Assembly: GCA_964035545.1 (NCBI GenBank)
Contig: OZ037766.1
Location: forward strand, 6,066,722-6,130,721
Direction of reading: 5' to 3'
DNA from: Bugula neritina
Lineage: Eukaryota; Animalia; Bryozoa
DNA length: 64,000 nucleotides
Positions 47,669 to 64,000 of the stretch are shown here, piece by piece. Both the position numbers and the translations under genes were made by a program. Each line of letters opens with the position of its first letter. Position 1 is the first letter of the stretch. Below the pieces are notes generated by a model that was given only the letters and a program-made list of their open reading frames with translations, did no database searches and had not been told where the DNA came from.

Positions 47669-50534
47669 CTATGGCACAGCGAGTGATGTGACAGCTGTTT
47701 CATTTTCATACATCTCTAAAATCTGAGCCACAAGTTGACTGATGTCTGACAGTCGAATGTCCTCAATAAACACCTAAGAAATTATTATTATGCATTAGTT
47801 ATAGGATATTGTGATTTATAATTTCAGTACATCCCTGGTAGCTAATTGCAAATCAATTGTGCATAAGAGAGAAGCTTAGAATTAAAACCACAAGTAGTTG
47901 AAATGATATAATAATGTAACAAAGAAGCCTGACGGAATGCACTCGTTGAACGCGTGAGGGGTGAAAAATTGGCTACATAGCCACTGTCTAGATTCTTGTA
48001 TACCAGAATATACATGTAATACAAAATCTAATAAACTTCTTCACTTGGGAATTCAAATCATTAGTTATAAGTGAGGGCACATTATAAAAACTATTAATAG
48101 ATTGCATTAGTTCTTTGTATACAGGGCCTGCTGTATGTGCAACACATTTTTACCATCTACTATAGAAGAAAATGTCCCCCCCCCTCCCAGCATAAACCCT
48201 GAAGAGTCTAAAATTGGATCGTCATCTTCAAAAGTGTAGTTACAACCTGAAGGGTATGCCACAAATTTAAATAAAAAGTGCATTACCTTCCACCATGGTT
48301 TCTCTGCATGCTCCTGCATGTATACTTTGATATCACAAGACTCGAGAGCAAGGTAGCAAGACGCCAGCGCCAACTGATCAGGTCTGTTCCTAATGCATAT
48401 CTTAGTGGAGAAACAGTCATTGAGAATGGACCAGGCTATTCTCTGGTAGGGCTCAGTCTCATGTTGGGGTGGCATCCACTCCGTAAGGCTCTTCAGATAA
48501 TGTAGCAGATACTACAACATATTCAATAGTAAATGCAATTACAAGACTTATCTTTGCTTTTAACACCCACTGGGGTAGTTGGCTGGGCTATTGAAACTAC
48601 AAACACAGCCAAGTCAATGACCAGTGGTGAATTCAATAATGATCCAGTAATAATCTAAAAACTATTTGCATCTCCTTTTATCTTAACAAATTTGCATTAT
48701 ATAACTAATTACAACATGTGCTTATATTATAAGTGTACAAAATAATTGAGCAATTACTGGTTAGACATTCTAAGCGCTTCATAAAGAGATACATTGTTGG
48801 ATAGCGGCTCAGTGAGTCAAGAGAGGATAACTTTTACTTGCACTTTGGTACGCTGAAAGAGCAACTAGTCTTTTAGCTACAAACATGTGTTCCTTCCACA
48901 TGAACATGAATATGTATGTTTCAAAATACTATTAATTCACTACTCCAGAGAGCAAATCAGTGTATACTTAATACTTATACTAACTCACAATAACCGTACC
49001 AGTTTTCAATAGCCTAAAACTTGCCTTGTGTGGATAATCGTATGTGAGTTTAAAGTTGAGCACCCGGCAAATGAGAAGTTCAAAGTTGACGACTGTATCT
49101 ACTAGACTACTGTATGTTTGGTCTATCTGCAGAGGAGGTTCTCTGGGGTGCAGCGTTCTGCAGATACAATACACTCATCTACACTAACATATACAACACA
49201 CTCATTTATACTAACATATACAACACACTCATCTACACTTACTTATCATCACTCAAAGTATATTATTTTACAAAAGTTTAGTAAATTATTATATACTAGT
49301 ACTTCCAATACATACATTAGTAGGTCTTACTCTATTTAAATTACCCATAAAACAAATTTTTACTACATAAAAGTTCAACTATTTTATGATATTTATTCAT
49401 ATTTACATTATTAAAAAGTCCTTAGCCTGCATGATAAAAAAAATCCTTTCCATCAAGGGATCTCACAAGGACAGTGACTATAAACTCTCATGAGTTCTTC
49501 ATTTATATTTATGCTTCTGTTTTATAAAGTATACTTATATACAACTTTGTATACTTATTGGTATCATATATACAAGTTTAAAAAATTAACCAAAACAGCA
49601 TCTAACTACGAGGTCAATGAGCAAGTGCAGCTTATGTACTTTATCAGCATATAATGACCACCCACCTGTGTGCTACATTAATCACATCTCTAATTTTCAC
49701 AGGAGTCTCCTCAATTTTACTGGCCAGAAAGAGACAAGTCATTGCAACGACCTGAAATCAATAAATCTCTTTTGAGTAAAAATTATCCACTTGAAACATT
49801 CAACTAATCAAAATATCAAGAAATTAAAATTATTAATATAGTTTTTATGCCAAATTATAACTTTAAAATAACATTATAGAGGGAATAAAACATCACCTAT
49901 AGCATTATAACTGATTCTAAAATGTTCCATGCACTCAAACTTACATACTCATCATAGTGCTCAAGCTGAGCAATGCTGAAGAATTTGTAGAAAAGCCAAC
50001 AGGCATTTGATTTGACCAGTGAACCAACTTCCAACTTTCTAGCTAGAAATATAACACCATTACTAGAGTAGCTAATGTAAGATAATCATAATTATTGGGA
50101 GTTGCACACCCAGTCAGCATATAGCTTCACACTAATTTGGCAAATTTCCAGTTTATTAAATAGTTTATAAGAGTTGGATGAAGACCAGACTTTTGGCTTC
50201 AGTGTTCAACTACAGAAAGAGAATTTCACTTTGATGTAAGAGCAATTAAATACAAAACTATGCAGCATGATTTATAATATATACATATATGGTAGCCTGC
50301 AATATGCAGAGCTGAAATATTATGATTTTAAAATGTGATAATAAATATATGCTTACCACAAGTTGTGATGAAAGATGCAGTTTTAAACAGTTGCTGCTCT
50401 TCACTGGACCAGGTGCACTTTGAGTGTGCCACAGTAGTAGAAGAGCTAGCTGCGACAGGAAGAGTTATCTGCTCTAAGGGTAGAGAACCACCTGCTACTT
50501 TGGTGTGACTCGTCAACATATCCCAGAAACTCAT
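47669..50534 (-). CDS. CCNQ: Cyclin Q (FAM58/cyclin M)
   Basis: Exons: 50534-50357, 50042-49945, 49751-49666 ([26 protein letters not shown]), 49157-49025 (TLHP..PPL...[11 protein letters not shown]...YPHK), 48511-48287 (YLLHYLKSL...AWSILND...KPWWK), 47773-47669. One GC-AG intron. Confidence 0.88.
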
Positions 50535-52609
50535 CTTGTAAGAGTTTATTTTTTAACTAGAAAAACTGCATTGCAAAAGCAAAATGTATCTTTCAACTAA
50601 TAACAGTAGCTCACATTAATACCGCTAGCCTCATATTTTCAATAAAGCAATCTTTGCAGCAGGTGCCCTCAGTTGTAAAGTTGAGTTAGAGGGAGCCTAC
50701 AACTAAGGTAGGTGCAGTAATGGAGACCTACAAGCAGTGCATTTTGGCAAACTATGTTTTTAATCGTAAAAGTGTGGTGTATAGCTTTTACATAACTGAC
50801 ACTGTAAAAACTCTCTGTGCCTCTCCTAAGAAGAGTAACTCATTTTTTCAACAATGTGGAGTCACAAATGTATATAACTTTGCTTTCATGCAGATAATAC
50901 AATAATCTGAGTTAGTGCTAAGCCAATAACCATGTTGAGTTTATTAATGAAAAGTTTGAATTACTTGCAATCATGTCAATTATCAAATGTTGCTATGTTG
51001 AGAGCTGTAGACATTATTGTCCATCAGTGTAACGCCATAACTGGCAAATGGTAGTAATAATTAAACTGGGAAATATTGGAATAATTACAACAAATTGCAA
51101 CCATTGGTTAGTGTGATATCAGTCATTTCTTAATTAGCTCAGCACTAGTATTAGGTAATTCAGGTGTAGACTAAACTAAGCTGCACTTATTAACTAATAT
51201 CTTGATCAAATGAGCTGTTCAAACATTAGACTTACTAATTAATATATTGGTGGGTAGATAGAACCTACCAATTAATAGTGAAACATTATTTCATTGAGAT
51301 ATCAAATCTCCCAGTATAGAAACATATAGCAACACTTTACATAGCACCCTTACTTCCTAGTTGCTTGTAATTCGGCTATCAACCTCTTCACCGCGGCAAC
51401 TCCATTTGTGAAAATCTTGAACTACTTTAATAAAAAACAAAATAATTTTATTTATTCCGATAGAATGTTGCTCAAAGACATATTAGACCAGTTTTAAAGA
51501 TATAATTATAGATTTTTATGTAGAGTGGTGCTTTTTTAGTAAAATGGTAAAAAAAGAATTAAAAAAAGTTTATAGATGTTGAAAATCAATTAAAAATTTA
51601 CAAATATCATCCTAAAGCACAAATTGTCAATGACCAACAACTCTGCTTGAATGCACTAAACATATTTATTAATCTAACGTCTATGTACAAAAATTGGTTA
51701 AGATGGTACTGTTGCAACACAGCTTTCCATCTATTAATACTAAAAGCTACAGTTTACAAATATTATAATTACTGGTGACCCTATAATAACTAGACTCATG
51801 AGCAAAGCAGCGTGCCCTGACATCATTGCTGCAAATATTATAGTTTTTATGCCACCAGATACAGTAAATATAGCCATAGACTGTACAAGTTAGAAAAAGC
51901 TTAAATCAAAGTGTTAGAGTATCTGCAAGCCTGTAACACTTTATGAGCATTAGTATTAAATTAATAGCAATACTTAGCATCAGTTCTAGTGCAAAAAATA
52001 AGATAAGTAGAGGGCATCCTGCAGACTACTAAAGGACTCTATTACTATTACCATTGCATGTGTTTCTATGTACACTAGTTGACTAATATAATTTATCTTG
52101 CACAACTATGACTTGTTGTAAAAGTATTGCTGTCACTCAATTATGGTTTACCAAGATAATTTTAATATCTCTGACACATGCCCGCAGCCCAGTCCCACAC
52201 ATGGCACAGATATCGAATGCTAGTATGAATACAAATCCAATTGGATTCTAAAAGTTTAAATTGTTTACAGGTGTCTTCAGTGTAAATCAATAGTATTACA
52301 TGCTAAAACTGACTGTAACAATAACACTAGCTCACGAATCATGGTAATAAACATCAGTGTCAATAACTAAATTAGTAGAAGCAGTTGAATCATGGATCAA
52401 TCGGTTACTCACCAATTAATGACTAAAACTAAAAGCATTGATCATATATGAATTAATACTTAATAGTTAATAACAAATATAATTTATAAACATAATATTA
52501 TTAATAAATATGAATATCAATGTGATGCTGTCAGGTTGATAAAATTGAAACATATTCTAATTATAGAGTGATTGATTATTTATTTGATAACTGTATTGGG
52601 CTACCAAGG

Positions 52610-53070
52610 CATATATTTATAATTATAATCATAATGATGATAATCATAATGATTTAGATTATGGTAATGATAATCGCAACAAAATTTATTCGAAATATTC
52701 TTACTCCAAGTTTGAAAATTCAAATCTTACTCAGACTAAAACTAATAGTGATATTCATATTCATACCAGTCATACTGATACTGCAACACCTAAAAGGCTA
52801 CTGTTAGTGTTCTGTTAGCGTTACTGTTAGTAATTCACTAACACTAACAGTAGATGTAATACTAAATCTAATACTAATACTAATAGTAATAGTAATACTA
52901 ATATCAATATTAATAATATTCATGTAATATTGATAATTATATTAAATATTACTATTACTATTAGTAAGACTAAGAGTAATAGTAATACTAATAGTAATAT
53001 TATTATTACTATTAGTATTAGCAATACTAATACCGTAATCAGTAATGTAATACTCAATACTAAAATTAAA
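52610..53070. repeat. (ANT)n low-complexity tract upstream of CCNQ
   Basis: AAT/AGT/ACT mosaic. Confidence 0.8.
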
Positions 53071-54452
53071 TTAACAAATTATTGAAAGTGAATTATTAAT
53101 TACTCAAATTACTATTACATAAAGATTATACTAATTGTCGTTATTTATTTTTAATTTTAGTACAAGAAATTCGGAACTTTTCATATTATTTTGGTTTTAT
53201 TATACAAACTATTAGAATGGATTCGTTGTTGTTCAGTTCAGTATAACAATTTCGATTATTATAGAGTTGTTTTCTCTACTGAAATATAAACTATATAGCT
53301 GTGTAGTAAAAGTTACATAAAGAGTTGTGTTGCCTTGCATATAAGACACTTGAAATCCTCAATAGCTAAAAATAGTGTCTTTTACAAATAATTAGCTATA
53401 AGCATAGAAAATATTTGCTAAATGTAGTTATTAGACTTTTACACTCTTTTTCATTGCCATCATAAATGTATTCTCATAATGTAGTTATGATGCATCAGTA
53501 TAATATATTTTATATTATTATAAACTTGTGTTTATATGGCATGTTGCATACTGTTGCATATTGCTACCACAATATATACAATTTCTTGGTCACTGCCTAT
53601 ATTGATACTTTTTTTGATTCCTGCACTAATCACTTATATTCTAAAAAAACAATCACGATATATAGCTGTATTGTGCAAAAATACAAAATACAAATACATG
53701 TTATATATTATACAATAAGCAACATAAAATGGACTGAACATTAAATATTGAAAGAACTTTCATTAACACACATTTAGGTATCATGGCACTGAGGGAAATG
53801 TATAGGGATGTAATATGAAGTATAGTAAAGAGAAAAAAGTTGATTCGAAAGAATGTTAAGTGTAGAATTATATAAATAGAAAAAAATAAATATAGAGAGC
53901 TTTTAGTCATGCACTTATTAAGAACAGTTGAGCAAAACATATAATTATAGTTAAGTAAGAAAGTAGAAACGTCAAACTACAATTAATTAATTCAAATCAC
54001 AATTAGCATAATTGCCATATTAAAAATACATTTGTAACAGATTCATTCTAGTCCAAAGTAAAGCATATAAAGTAGTGTTTAAAAATTTGGAAGAAAAAAA
54101 ATTATTTCAACAAATTTTAAATATATTCGTTGAACTAAATAATAAACGCCTAACAAGTGCTGTCAAATAATGCTGCCTTAAATTACATCATCATACACAT
54201 TGTACCGGAGTCATAACTCAAGCCTGTGGTGTTGAGTTGACCATAGAAATGTGGAAAATGTGACTTTAAAAACTACTAGCAATAATTTAGCTAAACAATT
54301 AACACCACAACTATAATCTAAAATAGACTAAACATTTTTACATTAAAAAACTACAATTTTAAAAGCTTAAAAGACAAAAAATTAAATTATATAAGCCATA
54401 ATGATCCTAATCATTTCGCATGGTAATAATATAACCAAAATGATTCATAATT

Positions 54453-56862
54453 TTACATTGAAATAACAACATGATTACTCTGCTCTTGGCTGTGTCCATT
54501 GACGCCATTTTCTAGAACAGTAGAGTGACGCTTATTTAAAAGAAATGGTTGGTCAAACTCCTTTTGCCTAAACACCAACTGCATGGGTAATATAAAATTA
54601 GCCACCCAGCATGGCCCAAACACTTCCATAAAGTTCTCTGAAACTGTCCGATATGACCTGGTCCTTTTTTCCTTTTTAAATTCATGAAAAGTCTTGCCAA
54701 GGAAGATTATCATCATTTGAACAAAAAAGAAACCAGTACCTGCGTAATACACAAAAACAATTAATAATTACAACAAATAGCTTTATAAAAAAAATTGCCA
54801 AGTATAGATTTGCTTCTATGACTGTTTAAAAATTACAAGAATAAATATTATTTAACAGCTCATACTATTATGAGGTTTATTAAAAAAAAATCAATAACAA
54901 AAGTTATAGGTCAACAGATTTTTAATATATATTAAAGGTTTCAGTGAGTTAAAGGCTAGTAACAAAAACTTTTACATGAGCTCCAAAAGCTATACCTTTT
55001 AGGGAAGTGAATTGTAAGAATTGCACCAATTATTGCATGAATTGAAGATCTATGATAATGAATGATCTTGTGCTACAGCTGTTTTATTTTAATTTAAAAA
55101 TGTGAAAAATGATGAAAGTATTATAAAAACATACCCATAATTGTGGTCCAAGCAAAGGTGTAACAATAAAACATTAGCACCAACTCTAAAAGTGATATTC
55201 TTCCAAAGAAAAAATGTTTGATTGTGAGAGGAAGCAGATGTTCTGTCCAGTGGAAGTCTGATCGCAAGTAACTGAGGCTAAGAATTCTTTGCCGAGAGTA
55301 ATGGAACCCTAGAATGCTAGCTAAAAAGGTGCACTGTATAAAATTAATGCAATGCCTAAATATCAGAATAATGCTTTACTCACGCAAAGGAAGGGCCAAT
55401 TCAGATTTCTACAGACATATCTTTCACAAAGCTAACAGTTCTAAATTTTATATAATGAAAAGAACTATATAATAGATCACTCTTTATATATTATATGGTA
55501 GTTTATTTCAAAAAGTAGAATGCAAAGAAATTTTTGTGCCATCTCAACAAAATATTCATGACTACATAAATGTGAATAATACTTTTTTAAATTTCACACT
55601 ATATTTTTACAACATGGCGGCATGGCAAATGGTATAAATAATTTTTACTCACCCAGCCCAATGTAGAAGGTTAGCATCACAAAGTACCTCTGATTGTAAT
55701 ATCCTATACACGTACCGACCATAAAACAGTGATGGTCTCGCCTAAGTATACACTTATTACACTGCTTACAGTGGTGGGTCTTGGAACCATATGGAGCTAC
55801 CAGCTTACACCTGCATTCACATGTCAAAGTTAACTCACCCATGTCGCAATGAAATATCTGCCAGCTTAACAAAAAACCTAATTTCTTAAAAATGAAACAA
55901 ACATAATCACTATAGTTTATCAAAACCCTAAAGTAAAGGAATGCAGTGTGTATATAAAGAATCGAATAATCTAGAATAAGCAGCTGGCTGTAGATCTTAC
56001 TTGCTGCAGTAGTTGGGATCTTTTGTGTAGTCTTGATACTGTTCATGAGCCCAGAGATCTTTTTCTATTACGGGGCGGTCTCGAGTACCTTTCACATGTG
56101 TTGAAACAAACCTTAAAATACCAGTAGGCTACAGTTAAGTATTAAAAAGTAGTTGTATAGTTGTAGAGAGAACAGCACATACAGCATTTCGTGATAAGCA
56201 TGATTACAGAGCAAACTTACTGACAGCAAAGCCAGTTTGCCATGACTTCAATAAACATAATGAGAACAAACACATTCAGCCAGTATTGTTGAGTCTCTGA
56301 ATGTCCACTGCAAATACAAATATTAAACATGTCAAAATTTATCAATTACGTTGCTATGTTAGATTAATAGACATCACATTACGTTTAATAACTGTTAAGT
56401 TTAAAGCAAATACTGCAATATCTACGGCTACAAAGTTTTCGGGTTACTGTAACAAAAGAGAAGTTCCTCCTCAATTTATTTTCAAAAAAATTTAGTAAGT
56501 ACTCAATTTGAGCGAAAAATGAACAAAGAATTTTAACAGATATATTTCAATCAACACCATGGTAATCTTTAATAACATAAATTAAACTTGTAATAATAAA
56601 ACTACATTTTAATCCAGAGCTTTTTTATTAAAATACATGCATGTGACAAAACTCAATTAGATATTAGTTACAACCAATATTATAGATATACACAACATAT
56701 ATTTACAAACCTTTTAGGAATGACGTCAAAAACAAAAACATATGGAACAGTACATGTGACTAATAGAAAGTAAATATGAGTTGATATCTTTGAATTTCTC
56801 AACACATCTGCTTCATCTGGTTTCTGGTTTAAAAACTCCCATATTGTTTGCCCATCTTGCAT
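54453..56862 (-). CDS. DHHC palmitoyltransferase (ZDHHC22/24-like)
   Basis: Exons: 56862-56711, 56307-56221, 56111-56001, 55810-55653, 55308-55135, 54739-54453. Spliced CRD reads YCSKCKLVAPYGSKTHHCKQCNKCILRRDHHCFMVGTCIGYYNQRYF; C-terminal GKTFHE and NFMEVFG motifs. Confidence 0.9.
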
Positions 56863-58074
56863 CTAGATCAGGAAAAAAATTTTGATTACACACCTCTTTC
56901 AACTTTTTCGTTTTAAATGATTAAAAAGCAATTACTAAGCAGTCAAATAGTTTAAACAACAGCTACAACAATTTTAACTGAATCAAATTATATGTAAAAT
57001 AAAATTACAAGTGACTCTTGTTGTGAAGCAATACACACCTTATATGATAACATATTTGAGATTTGTTGTGAACATTACAATCACAGCTTTTTATAAGTCT
57101 TTCAGTTTCAGGACCTGCTAAAATAGTTAGTACTTTGGTATAGTTTACACTATTGCCTATCCTTATACTATAAGTTATAGTGCAACTTATAATGTAAGTA
57201 TAAACAATATTTTTGTGGTCATTTAAATTATCATTCATAAAAAATTAGAATAAAAGATTAAACATTACTTTAAAAATAAAATAAATAAAGTTTCATAAAC
57301 TTTCAGTTTAACTTAAACTTAAAGCTAAAGATCAAAATGCTACCACTGTCAAGGTCAGAATGACTATCAGCATCACATTAAGGATGAAAGTGACATTGAT
57401 TTTGGGTTTGGCATTTAGCTTCACCAAAATAAAAATATAACATAATTAATTTTGTTTAACTAAAATTTTTTGAGTGTAACTTATCATCATACTCATACTC
57501 ATAGTCATAGTGACAACCATAATGATACTGATAACCATTGTGGTTGTATTTAAAAACACATATGCCTATAGTAAGACAAAAAATTATAAATGTTCCAGTT
57601 CTGCAATTTGAATTTTTAGGCTAAGGTGAGTTTTTGTAACAATTTAAATAAAATTTCTATTTGATTAAATTTAATGCGATGAATGGATAAGTAATTGTTA
57701 GAAATAAAAAACTTTTGTTTACATTGTTACCCTGCACTGAATTTATTGCAGCAGCCCATTAGGCAATTCTTAGCATTTCAATGAGCCTAATTTTACTTAC
57801 TTTTAATTACGCAGGCTAAGTTCTTTTAACGAATAAGGCAATTTACGGGAGGCACAGTTTCGTGATCACGAAATAGCATAACTCCAGCTCCAGTTCAATG
57901 ACCGTATTCACTATAACAATTTTTGCAAGTGCATGGAGCTTCCCTCAAGTCTCAAGATCACATACTTTGTAGCAATATTTTTAGTGTCTTTAATTATTGA
58001 CATGGACACAATTTATATTATACCACATGATTATGTAGCAATAATTATTCTTTAACAACTCAATTGTTATTAAT

Positions 58075-58800
58075 AGTGATGTCATTATGATTATACCCCA
58101 ATAGAAATACTAAATCTAGTACTAGTACTACTAGTAGTACAGTAGTAGTAGTAGCCAGTGCCCAATCACTATCAGTATGAGTATCAGTATGACTATGGGT
58201 ATGACTATGAGTATCACTGCAATCACCAGTCAGCAAGTCATTTTTATTATCATTATGATTATCATAATCATAATGACCATAATAATCGCAATCACTAATT
58301 TATAATTATCACTAAATTTATTATTAACTATAAAAATTAAAATATAATTTAAATTATTATTGTGATTATTATTTATACTATGTTGCTGTTAGTCACTAGT
58401 GTTACTCTAAGTATTACTATTACTATTACTGTATTAGTATTACTATTAGTATACTCATACTGTATACCTATTTAATTTTATTACGAGTTTCAGTTTTACT
58501 TTTAGTTTAACTAATACTTATGGTTATACTATAGTTCTATACTCTAATCAAATTCAATTTATAAATCATGACACTTCAGCAAGTTTAACTCTAAGTTAAA
58601 CTGCTGAAGTTTATTAGTATTGCTATCCTCATACTTATACTGATACTGTCTATAAAGATAAGTTAATTTTAGTGTAACATTAACTCAATAGCTGTGGCTT
58701 ATAGAACTTATAGTTATACTCACTAACTCAGTCTTGCAGACCAAGACTAGAGTTAATGTTATATACTTTTATATGTTTTTATTAACTCTTATAGTTATAG
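58075..58800. repeat. (ANT)n low-complexity tract between divergent ZDHHC and OXCT1
   Basis: Same triplet mosaic; a second patch at ~59165-59385. Confidence 0.75.
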
Positions 58801-58802
58801 TT

Positions 58803-59167
58803 ATGTAGGTGAGGTCAGGTGTTTAATCTACTGCCGGTAACCATGTAGTACCTGTCTCATAGGTCGGACTGTCGGCAACTAAACCGATACTCCTAATGTC
58901 TTGATATTAGGGAGGGTGTACTGGACATTCATGTAAAGCTAAAAATATCATCTACTAAAGGTCTAAAAGATTATTTCAGTGGGTATCTGTGGCAGTCTCC
59001 AAGGGTGTGTACAGACAAACATGTATAACGGCCAGCCACGGCAGCAGGATGTAAATGCTAGCACGTCTTGACCTGTTCTTACCGCTAGATCTCATTTACA
59101 CCCTGCCGAGAGAGAGAACATGGTAACGCGAAAGCCAAATTCACTTGACCATTTCGCATGCAGTTTT
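58803..59167 (+). ncRNA. Candidate structured RNA of unknown class (alternatively an old MITE)
   Basis: 5' and 3' ends pair, there are nested stems mostly G-U compatible on the + strand, and it ends in TTTT. No diagnostic motif of a known RNA family recognised. Confidence 0.3.
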
Positions 59168-59531
59168 ATGAATATAGTTATAGTATGAAAATAACTATTA
59201 GTATTACTATAACAATCTACTATAACTATAAGATACTTATAGTTGTACTCATACTTATAGTTATATTATAAACTGTATACATATAAGTTAAACTTACGGT
59301 TAATGTATAAGCATTAGTATAACTATTACTTATAGTTATTTATTATTAGTCTTAGTCTATAGAATATAACACTAGTTATAAATAAAAAGTTTGAAGTTTA
59401 TAGACCGGAAATGCATTCACTCAACTCCAACTCATTTTAGTGCCATAGTTACTGGGGCAGTGGGCAAGTCACTGTCAGCTACATGTATGAGTGGAAGCTG
59501 TGAATAATATAAATCTCTATTAATTGACATC

Positions 59532-63853
<4,322 letters not shown>

Positions 63854-64000
63854 TGAGATCATTTCTTATATGGCAGCTAACAAATTATTTTTAATGAGAA
63901 AGCGTAACATATACCATTATAATATATTGATCTATTTTTTTGTTTTTTTCTTGGTGTTGGATATCAAATTTGCCGAATCTCTGAGGTGTATATTTTAACA

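Noticed and set aside
55811-56046. ORF-track N-terminal extension of the DHHC exon
   Set aside because: Mostly intronic or out of frame; splicing 56001 to 55810 restores the expected YCSKC motif.
54453-56862. Functional linkage between ZDHHC and the Cys-rich receptor tail
   Set aside because: Proximity in a eukaryotic genome, with unrelated genes in between, is not evidence of a shared pathway.

Overview
AT-rich, intron-rich animal genomic DNA, probably an invertebrate. The nuclear receptor looks lophotrochozoan, but that is inference. Left third (minus strand): a tandem array of at least four highly diverged paralogous genes for type I membrane proteins. Each has a signal peptide, one short Cys-rich ectodomain whose C-terminal half resembles TACI/BCMA/Grindelwald-type TNF-receptor CRDs, a Ser/Thr stalk, one TM helix and a disordered tail built from small, mostly phase-1 exons. 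The fourth paralog carries an intact, very young Ty3/Gypsy LTR retrotransposon (21712-29062) inserted at its start codon. The element has apparently identical 567-bp LTRs, an ATAT TSD, a tRNA-Leu PBS and a UUUAAAC -1 frameshift signal. A 930-bp fold-back hAT-type element with an 8-bp TSD lies just upstream of the same gene. Right half: an NR1-subfamily nuclear receptor (+), cyclin Q/FAM58 (-), a ZDHHC22/24-like palmitoyltransferase (-) and OXCT1/SCOT (+). There are also several MITEs and mini/microsatellites, (ANT)n tracts near gene 5' ends, and a ~360-nt candidate structured RNA between ZDHHC and OXCT1. Exon models were read by eye from splice signals and reading-frame continuity; no searches were run.
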